From assembly GCA_964589975.1 (NCBI GenBank), contig CAZPVH010000005.1, positions 3,612 through 67,611 on the forward strand: a stretch of DNA of 64,000 nucleotides. The letters run 5' to 3'. The notes under the pieces were generated by a model. That model was not told where the DNA came from, did not search any database, and saw only the letters and a program-made list of their open reading frames with translations. The position numbers and the translations under genes are program-made. This document shows positions 17,003-25,046 of this stretch, piece after piece; the first letter of the stretch is position 1, and every line of letters starts with the position of its first letter. This stretch comes from an uncultured Candidatus Saccharibacteria bacterium. GTDB lineage: Bacteria > Patescibacteriota > Minisyncoccia > Phycocordibacterales > CSBR16-119.

Positions 17003-17089
17003 CAAATTAACCCTGTTACAATATCAATTTTCTCCAATAAATACAAGAAAGCCCGCATTACGCGGACTTTCGGAAAAAAGCTCTGATGA

Positions 17090-17395
17090 TCAGCGTCCCC
17101 ACACCTGATCCTTCAGTCTGTGATAGGAAGGCTCACTGTCTGTAGCAGGGTTCGAGACGAGGTGTTCGTGAAGTGCAACATCAATTTCACAGGTCATGCA
17201 TACATCGCTGTCGGCGCCAAATCCCTGTGACGCCCAACAGTAATTGGACACTCGGGCTGGCTGATGTTCACCAAACAGCCTTGGGAATATGAAGCCATGG
17301 CCAACTTGTATGTGTAGTGGCCAATTTGTAACGTCGCACTGAATTGCGTTCAGTTCTGTTCTTCCACGGGCGATAAAGGTCAATGAGGCTTTCAT
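17090..17395 (-). CDS. Hypothetical Cys/His-containing small protein, 101 aa
   Basis: Clean ORF with C...C and CMTC motifs suggesting metal binding. Family not recognised. Confidence 0.35.
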   Translation of the reverse strand: MKASLTFIARGRTELNAIQCDVTNWPLHIQVGHGFIFPRLFGEHQPARVSNYCWASQGFGADSDVCMTCEIDVALHEHLVSNPATDSEPSYHRLKDQVWGR

Positions 17396-17777
17396 GGTGG
17401 TCGGATTGTTGTTTTCTACATACTATCATGATATTTATCTAATGTCAATTATGTCCTTTATCCCCCTTTCCCACATGTTTGTCCCCAATGTCTCATATAT
17501 TTAGTGAAAAACATTGTGTTGTAAAATAAGGATTTTTTAGTCCACATATGTGGATAACCCTGTTTATAAGGTGTATAAGTATGGTTATTTGTCTTATAAA
17601 CCAAAAAAACTTGTTGATTTATAAGGGTTTTCTGTAAGTGTTTCACATGAAACACTTATTTAGCTCTTATAGTGTTCCACATGTAACTTTGTACTATCCT
17701 TGATATTATAAGTTAAGTAGATTTGTCGATGTTATTCATGAAACATAACAGGATGTCTTTGTGAAAATGAACTAGAT

Positions 17778-18188
17778 ATGAAGACTTTTACATCCAAAAC
17801 TCAGAAAATAGGGGAGATTGGTGAGAAATTGGCCAAAATGTTTCTTATGAAACATGGTTTTGAGATTTTGGAGTCAAACTATACAAAAAAGATGGGGGAA
17901 ATCGATATTGTCGCTAAAAGAGGAGAAATATACCATTTTATAGAGGTTAAGAGTGTTTCCCGTGAAATAGTACCGCTTTCTAAGCAAAGTAATGTTACAC
18001 ATGAAAGCATTGGCTACCGTCCGGAGGAGAATATGCACCAAAAGAAGATAGGGAGGTTTGTCCGGGCAGTAGAACATTACTTGATGGCGAATAACCTGGA
18101 GGTTGAGCACCAGATAGACTTGGCCTTGGTTTACATAGACCAGACTCGAAAGACAGGGAAGGTGAAGCTCCTCGAAAACGTAGTTTAG
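17778..18188 (+). CDS. yraN: YraN-family (UPF0102) endonuclease-like protein
   Basis: 136 aa. GEIGEKLA...GEIDIVAKRGEIYHFIEVK matches the YraN/restriction-endonuclease-like fold signature. Confidence 0.7.
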   Translation: MKTFTSKTQKIGEIGEKLAKMFLMKHGFEILESNYTKKMGEIDIVAKRGEIYHFIEVKSVSREIVPLSKQSNVTHESIGYRPEENMHQKKIGRFVRAVEHYLMANNLEVEHQIDLALVYIDQTRKTGKVKLLENVV

Positions 18189-18234
18189 GGTAATTTCGGG
18201 CTTACTATGCTAATATTCTGAAAAACAGTTTCCC

Positions 18235-18804
18235 ATGAAACAGCTGAAGATTTACGACTTCGATGGGGTGCTGTTCCGGCCTCCAGACTTCTATATCCTT
18301 GAAATGATCGCATTAAAAGAGGTTTCTGAGGTATTGGCATATCGCCTGTACAAAGAAAACCTTGATTTTAGTGAGGAAATGATGGGGGATCCAGCCATCC
18401 GGCCATATTATGAGAAATTTGTTGATCGATATTTCGCCCAAAGAATGAGCCCAGACAGCGTTGCTAGGCTTGAAAGGGAAGCAGAAAGCCAAATCCTGGT
18501 AATTGCTTCTATGAACAATCTGGAAACTATCGAGCGGCATCTAAAACAGTCCGGTGTCAGACATCTCTTTGACGCCATTTACTCGGGAAGTGACAAGATT
18601 TCCAAAAGGGAGATGCTACGGAGGATTGAGCGTCGTTATCGGGCAGACTTCATGTGCTTTGTGACCGATTCAGTAAATGATATAGAGTCAGCAAGGGACT
18701 CTGGCCTCGATTTGAGGATTGAGGCGGTCTTGAGCGGTCAAAGCGATAAGCGAGAGCTCCTTGGATACATTGCCGAAGACCAGATCATTCCAAGCTTCTA
18801 CTAG
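18235..18804 (+). CDS. HAD-superfamily hydrolase
   Basis: N-terminal IYDFDGVL (HAD motif I DxDGxL) and a downstream D-rich motif (FVTDSVNDIESA). Confidence 0.6.
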   Translation: MKQLKIYDFDGVLFRPPDFYILEMIALKEVSEVLAYRLYKENLDFSEEMMGDPAIRPYYEKFVDRYFAQRMSPDSVARLEREAESQILVIASMNNLETIERHLKQSGVRHLFDAIYSGSDKISKREMLRRIERRYRADFMCFVTDSVNDIESARDSGLDLRIEAVLSGQSDKRELLGYIAEDQIIPSFY

Positions 18805-18875
18805 GGCCCCAGAAATGGGGCCTTTAGTTTAATTGTATTTAAGGATTCTTGTGATAAGATATCCTCATTGTTTTA

Positions 18876-18948
18876 CGGGGCGTGGTGTAACGGCTAACAT
18901 GTCTGTTTTGGGAACAGATGACTCCGGGTTCGAATCCCGGCGCCCCGA
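18876..18948 (+). tRNA. tRNA-Pro (anticodon TGG)
   Basis: Manual fold. Acceptor CGGGGCG/CGCCCCG, anticodon stem TCTGT/ACAGA with loop TTTGGGA, T-arm CCGGG-TTCGAAT-CCCGG. Terminator hairpin at 18958-18990. Confidence 0.75.
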
Positions 18949-18997
18949 CAGAAAATAACAAAAGGCCCCATTAAGGGGTCCTTTGTTATTTCTGGCA

Positions 18998-19645
18998 CTA
19001 CTGGACCAGAGGAAGAACTGGCGCATTCTGGGGTATTTTGAACTGTTTTTGCAGAAGTTCGAGTTTCAGTTTTCCCGAGAACAAGTGCAACTGACTAAGC
19101 AAAGACTTAAGCTTTTCGAACATCTCTTGCCCCTTGGCCAAATCTTCGTATGTTAGGGTGTAGATACGCTTGTATCCGCCCTCAATCGGCCGGTCAAATG
19201 AAATCATCTGCATATCCTCAAGGATTTGCAACGCGTAAGCGCTTGATTTCATTACATCGATGGCTAAATGAATGTCGCAGGCCTTTGTGACATCCGGAGG
19301 GCAAGTCTTAAGCTCAAAAGATGGCAACTTGTTTTGCTCCGCCAACTGTCCTTTGGTCAGAGGCTCAAAGAAGATCTTTAGTTCGGAACTGCTCGATTCG
19401 AATTCGAGATCAGCCACTGTTTCCGGATATTGACGCACCAGATCGCATACTTCCTCAAAAAACTCTTCGTTAATAGTGCGAGATCCTTTGTAGGTAGCGT
19501 GGAATTGAGTAGTTGAGCATCTTTTGTTGTTGGTAAAGAGATCTCTTTCGAAGCCCCATGACAATAGGGCGTTAATCAGACTCTGTTCAACCTTGTAACC
19601 AGAGAAATGCAGGTCGTATGTTTTCATTTTTAAGTTTTGTAGCAT
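18998..19645 (-). CDS. Hypothetical protein, 215 aa
   Basis: Clean ORF. No family recognised. Confidence 0.4.
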   Translation of the reverse strand: MLQNLKMKTYDLHFSGYKVEQSLINALLSWGFERDLFTNNKRCSTTQFHATYKGSRTINEEFFEEVCDLVRQYPETVADLEFESSSSELKIFFEPLTKGQLAEQNKLPSFELKTCPPDVTKACDIHLAIDVMKSSAYALQILEDMQMISFDRPIEGGYKRIYTLTYEDLAKGQEMFEKLKSLLSQLHLFSGKLKLELLQKQFKIPQNAPVLPLVQ

Positions 19646-19744
19646 TATTCATAAATTTTAAAGTATTGTCAAAATAGATTATAATCTTTATAATAATAAT
19701 GCCTATAATTATTGATTAATAATGATATATAATTATATTTAATA

Positions 19745-20506
19745 ATGACAATTAATATAAACCTCGGGTTAAAAAATAAACTGAAAGACTTTGGGCTACA
19801 TCCTTCAGAAATTAGGTTATATCTTTTCCTATTAGAAAATGGTGTGCAAACTGTGTCCGAAATCTCCAAAGGAACAGAAACACTCAGAACAAACTGCTAC
19901 GGAATCGTCAAAAGCCTTCTGGATAAGGGCCTTGTGCAGTCGCTTAAACAATCCGGGGTAAAAAAATACACAGCAAACAATCCTCAAGCACTGCTAAGGA
20001 GCATCGAAGACAAAAAACGGATGGTCGCCGATGATTTGGTCCCTGAGCTCTTAAATATATTCAAATCACAAAAGAATAAGCCGATTATAAAATTTTATGA
20101 AGGCAAAGAAGAGGTAAAAGAAATATTCCTTCAAATGTATGAGGCAAAAGAAATATTCGGTTTTACATCTACGAAGAAGCTTCTGCCTTTTTATCCTAAA
20201 TTCTTTGTCGAGTGGCGGAGCGAGCTTAAGCGCCGGGGGATATTCTTGAAAGACATGCTTACAGAGTCATCAAAAGACATCGAGGCGAAACAAGTAAAGG
20301 AAGAACTTGGTGTATTTTTTGAAAATAGAATAGTTCCTGCGAAATTTGGCGACGTAGCGTCTGACATTTTGGTGTGGAACGATAATATTGCACTTATTAC
20401 CCTCGATGAGCCTATATTTGGCACAGTAATAAATAATCCGGAATTAGCCCAGACTTTTAGGGTTATGTTTTCTATTATGTGGAGGAGTCTCGGGCAAGAC
20501 CGGTAG
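19745..20506 (+). CDS. TrmB-family HTH transcriptional regulator, paralog 3 of 4
   Basis: N-terminus GLHPSEIRLYLFLLENGVQTVSEISKGTETLRTNCYGIVKSLLDKGLV. The stop codon abuts the left inverted repeat of the mobile element. Confidence 0.7.
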   Translation: MTININLGLKNKLKDFGLHPSEIRLYLFLLENGVQTVSEISKGTETLRTNCYGIVKSLLDKGLVQSLKQSGVKKYTANNPQALLRSIEDKKRMVADDLVPELLNIFKSQKNKPIIKFYEGKEEVKEIFLQMYEAKEIFGFTSTKKLLPFYPKFFVEWRSELKRRGIFLKDMLTESSKDIEAKQVKEELGVFFENRIVPAKFGDVASDILVWNDNIALITLDEPIFGTVINNPELAQTFRVMFSIMWRSLGQDR

Positions 20507-20707
20507 TTGGTGGAATTATATAACTCTGCTCGAACCCATTTTGAACGAAACTAAGGACTGCGCCTCGCCCGCGCTCGGCAAGCTCGCGCGGGGCAAAGCC
20601 CAAAAATTTCCCACATTTTTTATTTGCGGCTCCCCCCACACCCCCCGCCGCAAGGCGGAAAATTTGAAAGGAAGGAAATTTTTGGTTTTGCCGTCGCCGC
20701 TTCACTC
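20507..20707. repeat. IR1-L: 201-bp perfect inverted repeat, left copy (partner 24698-24898)
   Basis: The identical 55-codon ORFs 20541..20885(+) and 24661..24864(-) in the ORF track reveal the repeat. I compared the two copies in the nucleotide sequence and found no mismatch between 20507-20707 and the reverse complement of 24698-24898, but this was not machine-verified. The outer end is TTGGTGG. Confidence 0.85.
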
Positions 20708-20868
20708 CTCCAAAAAGGCTCGTAGGTGTATTTTAGCACTTTTGCCAGATTTACGCCCGCCTTTTCTCCGTCGTTTGCGTCGGCGCGAGGACGCAGGCAT
20801 TTTTATATGTGCTTGCCCCAACCCACCCAGTGCGCGCACAAATACCGCTCGCTACGCGAGCGGCTCCC

Positions 20869-21660
20869 TTATGTTCGGGAGCTAACCAAGTTATTTTTCA
20901 AACCCTCTAACATTTTTACAAAATGCACCGTGAACGCAAAAAAGGTATTGAAGTATTCGGCTGTTTCATCGGTCGTAACCCCCTCAATAAACGCAAAATC
21001 ACGGTAGTTTGAGCGTATTCGCATATAGTATGGAAAGTCAAAAATGGACACAGAAAAATTGCTCAAATAGTTTTGGTATTTTGTCTTGTCTGATTTTTTC
21101 TTGAGATTGATTTTATTTGTCTGTTTCCAGTTATCTACTTTGTATTTGGCAATTTTTCTGACTGCCATTTTGTACATATCATCATCTGTCGTCCTTGAAC
21201 TCAAATTAGCTCCACTTGTTACTTTATGGGCCAAAATGGTTTGGTCAAAAACCTGATTCAAAATAGTATTTGAAAATTGGATTTCTTGTGCTTGCAATTT
21301 CCGTGTAAATTCATCAACGCATTTTGTATGTCCTAATTTGAAAATTCCTTTTTGAATTTTGATTACATATTCAACAGTCAAAAGTACATTGAAAATGAGA
21401 TAGTAAGATTTTACAGGTAGCCAAGATGTTGAGGCATATGAATAGTCCTTATCAATATCAACAATCTTTTTCTCGTCGTTCAATGACTTTTTTGTGAGGG
21501 CAATAAGATTTTTCTTTTGATCAATATTTGGCAATCCAGCTTTTTGTATAGAATTATTGTATTGCAAAGTTGTGCCGTTCATCAGAGAAGCAAGGCATTT
21601 GATGTAATTCAAATGCGTATCATATGCCTGATGTTCTGGCGTGTTTCGGAGTAAAATCAT
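20869..21660 (-). CDS. Hypothetical protein, 263 aa, inside the R-M cassette (function unknown; second nuclease or specificity factor is possible)
   Basis: Clean ORF whose stop overlaps the start of the downstream methyltransferase by 4 nt. AT-rich codon usage like the rest of the cassette. Confidence 0.45.
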   Translation of the reverse strand: MILLRNTPEHQAYDTHLNYIKCLASLMNGTTLQYNNSIQKAGLPNIDQKKNLIALTKKSLNDEKKIVDIDKDYSYASTSWLPVKSYYLIFNVLLTVEYVIKIQKGIFKLGHTKCVDEFTRKLQAQEIQFSNTILNQVFDQTILAHKVTSGANLSSRTTDDDMYKMAVRKIAKYKVDNWKQTNKINLKKKSDKTKYQNYLSNFSVSIFDFPYYMRIRSNYRDFAFIEGVTTDETAEYFNTFFAFTVHFVKMLEGLKNNLVSSRT

Positions 21661-22442
21661 TTTGTCTGTGTGGCGTAAGAACTTACGCGATTTCTAGCAA
21701 GGGCGACATATTTTTCATCGCGTTCAACACCTAACCATTTACGACCTAATGCTTCGGCTACAACAGCAGTTGTTCCGCTTCCCATAAATGGATCAAAAAT
21801 GATGTCGCCCTTGTTGCTTGCGGCTAAAACGACCTGCTGTATCAATTTGAGCGGTTTCTGTGTCGGGTGCGCTTTTATGCCATTTCCATCTTTCAATCGT
21901 TCCTTGCCTTTACAAAGACCGAAAACCCAATCTGTATCTTTCATTTGAACGCCGCCATTCAGTTTTTTCATCAAGTCGTAATTGAAAGTGTATTTTTTGC
22001 AATCCTTGTTTTTGACCGACCAAATAAGTGTTTCGTGATTATTTGTAAACCTGCGTCCGTTTAGGTTTGGCAAGGCATCAGTTTTTACCCAAATAACATC
22101 GTTCAAAAACCATAATCCAAGATTTTGCATTATCGTGCCAACGCGAAAAATGTTGTGATACATTCCGATAACCCAAAAAGTTCCTGTGGGTTTCAAAATC
22201 CTTTGGCATTCACTAATCCAAGCGTGTGTAAAATTATCGTAGTCCTCATAACCCTCAAAACTATCCCATTCGTTATCCACAGGTATAACTTCCGAGCCGT
22301 CGGCTCGTTTTAGGCGTTTTCCTTTTGGTAGTTGTAGATAATAGGGCGGGTCGGCAAAAATCAAATCAACGGAATTGTCGGGGAGTTTTTTCATTTCCTC
22401 TATACAATCTCCGTGTATGATTGTGCCGAATAACTTTTGCAT
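21657..22442 (-). CDS. DNA methyltransferase, beta-class (N6-adenine or N4-cytosine), with DPPY before the AdoMet motif
   Basis: IFADPPYYL (motif IV) precedes IIFDPFMGSGTTAVVA (motif I), the circular permutation typical of beta-class N6A/N4C methyltransferases. Confidence 0.75.
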   Translation of the reverse strand: MQKLFGTIIHGDCIEEMKKLPDNSVDLIFADPPYYLQLPKGKRLKRADGSEVIPVDNEWDSFEGYEDYDNFTHAWISECQRILKPTGTFWVIGMYHNIFRVGTIMQNLGLWFLNDVIWVKTDALPNLNGRRFTNNHETLIWSVKNKDCKKYTFNYDLMKKLNGGVQMKDTDWVFGLCKGKERLKDGNGIKAHPTQKPLKLIQQVVLAASNKGDIIFDPFMGSGTTAVVAEALGRKWLGVERDEKYVALARNRVSSYATQTK

Positions 22443-22444
22443 AA

Positions 22445-23566
22445 CTAAAAATTGTAGATAATGAGGTGTTCTACATCTCTATCATTGCGACCTTTGACAT
22501 TGTAGAGATAGGTTTTATCAAACCTATCAATTTTTATGCCTTTCTTATCTTTGTATAAACTAGATATGAACGGTGTGTCTTTGATTATGAGAATAAAATT
22601 TGCCTTCGTATCGTATAGACAATTAGCCAATCGTTGTTGATCTTTTTTATCAAACTCGTTTTTTTCATAATCGCTGAAATCTGTATCGTATGGCGGATCA
22701 AGAAAGATAAAATCTTTTTTTGAGAATTGATACTCATTGAATATGTCCTCAAAATCTTGATTTTTAATATCTGTGTTTTGGAATAGTTTTTTTATTGCTT
22801 CGTCAAAAATATAATCCACTTTTCCGCGAAAATCTTTGCTGTTGTAAGCAATCCCACCATAAGGAATGTTGAAATGCCCGTCTTTGTTGAAGCGAAACAT
22901 TGAACCATAGCAAAACTCCCTTATGAAGTAATAATTTGCAACCTTTTTGGGCAAGCTGATTTTATATCTGCTTCCGTTATAATTCATCACATCGCGAAAG
23001 TGCATATAAAATCCGCTACGAAACGCTGTTTCAATGTTTTTTTGCAAATCACCGTCTGGCAATTTTCCGCGTTGTTTTTCAATCTCTCTGGTGCGAGAAA
23101 TTTTTGATATAAGGTTAGAGGTGATTTGCTTTAATAAGTTTTGCTCGTCCAAACAAAACTCTTTATGAAAAAGTCCATTGAAACGATCTTCTTCTTTTTC
23201 TTGTATTGAATGAACCTGTTTTGATAATTCTTCCCTTGTGATTTTTTCTGCTTTATATTTCTCGTAGAGATTTATTATTTTGTTCTCAAAAATACTGATG
23301 TATTTCGGGATTTTGTCCCAATTATCAACATAATCGTAAAGTTCTTTTTTGAATTGTTCGCGTTGTTTTTGGTCTTTGAGTAGAGAATAAAAATTTGTCA
23401 GTTCGGTATTTATATCGTTGATAATTGCCTTTTTTGGCTTGAGTTGAAAAAAAATTGCGCCACCACCAAAAAACGGCTCGATGTAGCGTTCAAAAGTAGG
23501 AATTAAATCCTTAATGTAGGGATATTCTTTTGTCTTGCCACCCGGCCATTTTATAAGTGGTTGCAT
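22445..23566 (-). CDS. Dam-family (D12 class, alpha-type) N6-adenine DNA methyltransferase
   Basis: N-terminal IKWPGGK (Dam motif) and C-terminal FLDPPYD. 373 aa. Confidence 0.75.
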   Translation of the reverse strand: MQPLIKWPGGKTKEYPYIKDLIPTFERYIEPFFGGGAIFFQLKPKKAIINDINTELTNFYSLLKDQKQREQFKKELYDYVDNWDKIPKYISIFENKIINLYEKYKAEKITREELSKQVHSIQEKEEDRFNGLFHKEFCLDEQNLLKQITSNLISKISRTREIEKQRGKLPDGDLQKNIETAFRSGFYMHFRDVMNYNGSRYKISLPKKVANYYFIREFCYGSMFRFNKDGHFNIPYGGIAYNSKDFRGKVDYIFDEAIKKLFQNTDIKNQDFEDIFNEYQFSKKDFIFLDPPYDTDFSDYEKNEFDKKDQQRLANCLYDTKANFILIIKDTPFISSLYKDKKGIKIDRFDKTYLYNVKGRNDRDVEHLIIYNF

Positions 23567-23567
23567 A

Positions 23568-24386
23568 CTAATTTAGATATGTTGCCTTTATTGAATCTAA
23601 CGCTTCGGTAATCAAGTGCGCGTGTTCTTTGTAGGAATCAAGAACAGTGCGATATCCGTCATCGCTTTTGCATACGAAGTTCCAAAAATCACGACCGATT
23701 AACAATTCGTCATCGGCGAAGAATTGACGCACTCGTTCTTGTCGCCACGGCTTATCCTCGCCGTATCGGTTGTAGGCGGTAGCAAATTTGATATTTATCT
23801 TTTCGTTGTCTGGAAGTGTGTTTGAAAGAATTGCAAACTGCTCCAACAATGCTTCTTTTTCGGAACGCGCCTTTTTGTTATCCAAGTCGCCACCAATTTT
23901 TAATTCAATCAAGAAGTTTTCGCCTGTTTCCTTGTCTATCAAGTAATAATCGCTGTCGTGGCGTTTGACTGATAGATTGTGGTCTGTCGGTTTTATGCGC
24001 AAACTTTGATAATTCTCAACGGTTGGCGGCGCAATTTCACGACGCTTGTATTTTTCAAGCAAATCAGCAATCTTTCCTGTTTGTTCTGGTCCAAGCGGTC
24101 CTTGCACTTCTCGCTTTACCTCGTATGAAAATTCAGCAATACCAATCGCCAGTTTTTCAAGCATATTACCGAGTGAGCTATCAAGGGAACGAACGAGCGC
24201 GGAGTAGTATTGAATGTCTGCACCAAGCGCGGCGATGAAGACATTGTGAATTTTCATATTCAAAGTGCCTTCGGGATTTTCCACTTCGCCCTCGTGTCGG
24301 GCTTGAAAACCTGTTGCATACGATTCGACTGCTGTTTTTACCAGCGACCTGATTGCTTCTTTTTTGTCTAATGTATCTCTTGTCAT
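23568..24386 (-). CDS. Putative Type II restriction endonuclease (PD-(D/E)XK-like)
   Basis: 272 aa. DYYLIDKETGENFLIELKIGGDLD fits a D...(E/D)-x-K nuclease core. Positioned between the controller-protein gene and the methyltransferases. Assignment is by context and motif only. Confidence 0.45.
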   Translation of the reverse strand: MTRDTLDKKEAIRSLVKTAVESYATGFQARHEGEVENPEGTLNMKIHNVFIAALGADIQYYSALVRSLDSSLGNMLEKLAIGIAEFSYEVKREVQGPLGPEQTGKIADLLEKYKRREIAPPTVENYQSLRIKPTDHNLSVKRHDSDYYLIDKETGENFLIELKIGGDLDNKKARSEKEALLEQFAILSNTLPDNEKINIKFATAYNRYGEDKPWRQERVRQFFADDELLIGRDFWNFVCKSDDGYRTVLDSYKEHAHLITEALDSIKATYLN

Positions 24387-24391
24387 AATAG

Positions 24392-24601
24392 TTATTTTAA
24401 TAGTTGATCTACGCTCACTCCAAGCACTTTGGCGACCTTTTCCATTGTGCTAATTGTAAGATTTTGTTTGCCGTTCTCGACATTGCTAATATATGCTCGG
24501 TCTAATCCTAACTCTCGGCAAATGTCGCCCTGCGACATTCCTTTTGCTAGGCGTATCTTCTTCATATTTTCGCCAAACTTTTGTGCTGTGCTTTTAGCCA
24601 T
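24392..24601 (-). CDS. XRE-family HTH controller (C) protein of the R-M system
   Basis: 69 aa. IRLAKGMSQGDICRELGLDRAYISNVENGKQNLTISTMEKVAKVLGV is a classical Cro/C1-type HTH, placed first in the cassette as in C-protein-regulated R-M systems. Confidence 0.7.
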   Translation of the reverse strand: MAKSTAQKFGENMKKIRLAKGMSQGDICRELGLDRAYISNVENGKQNLTISTMEKVAKVLGVSVDQLLK

Positions 24602-24697
24602 ATTTTATAAAAACTTATCAACACCTTTATTCTACCATTTTATTGTGTTTTGACTCAATGTTAAGTTATAATACAAGTGTGCAAAACATAAGTTTTT

Positions 24698-24898
24698 ATA
24701 TGAAGCGGCGACGGCAAAACCAAAAATTTCCTTCCTTTCAAATTTTCCGCCTTGCGGCGGGGGGTGTGGGGGGAGCCGCAAATAAAAAATGTGGGAAATT
24801 TTTGGGCTTTGCCCCGCGCGAGCTTGCCGAGCGCGGGCGAGGCGCAGTCCTTAGTTTCGTTCAAAATGGGTTCGAGCAGAGTTATATAATTCCACCAA
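24698..24898. repeat. IR1-R: right copy of the 201-bp inverted repeat
   Basis: Reverse complement of 20507-20707. Overlaps IR2-L by 6 bp (CACCAA). Confidence 0.85.
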
Positions 24899-25006
24899 TA
24901 TCAAACTTTCCGATTTTTTGCCGACTGATTCAGCCGCGCGAAGCGCGGAAAGATGAGGAAAAACAGGGTCGCCGCGCAGGGCGCGGCTCCCCAAGCGGAG
25001 GTTCGA
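24893..25006. repeat. IR2-L: 114-bp perfect inverted repeat, left copy (partner 26439-26552)
   Basis: Shown by duplicated peptide segments (NLRLGSRALRGDPVFPHLSALRAAESVGKKSESLILV) in opposite-strand ORFs. Contains GC-rich hairpins (CCGCGCGAAGCGCGG and GCCGCGCAGGGCGCGGC). Confidence 0.85.
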
Positions 25007-25046
25007 AATCCCTTGCGATTTTAAGTATTTGCTTTGCCTTATGAAT

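Noticed and set aside
20541-20885. 114-aa plus-strand ORF and its mirror 24661..24864 on the minus strand
   Set aside because: Both are read-throughs of the two copies of IR1. The identical peptides reflect the inverted DNA repeat, not a duplicated gene.
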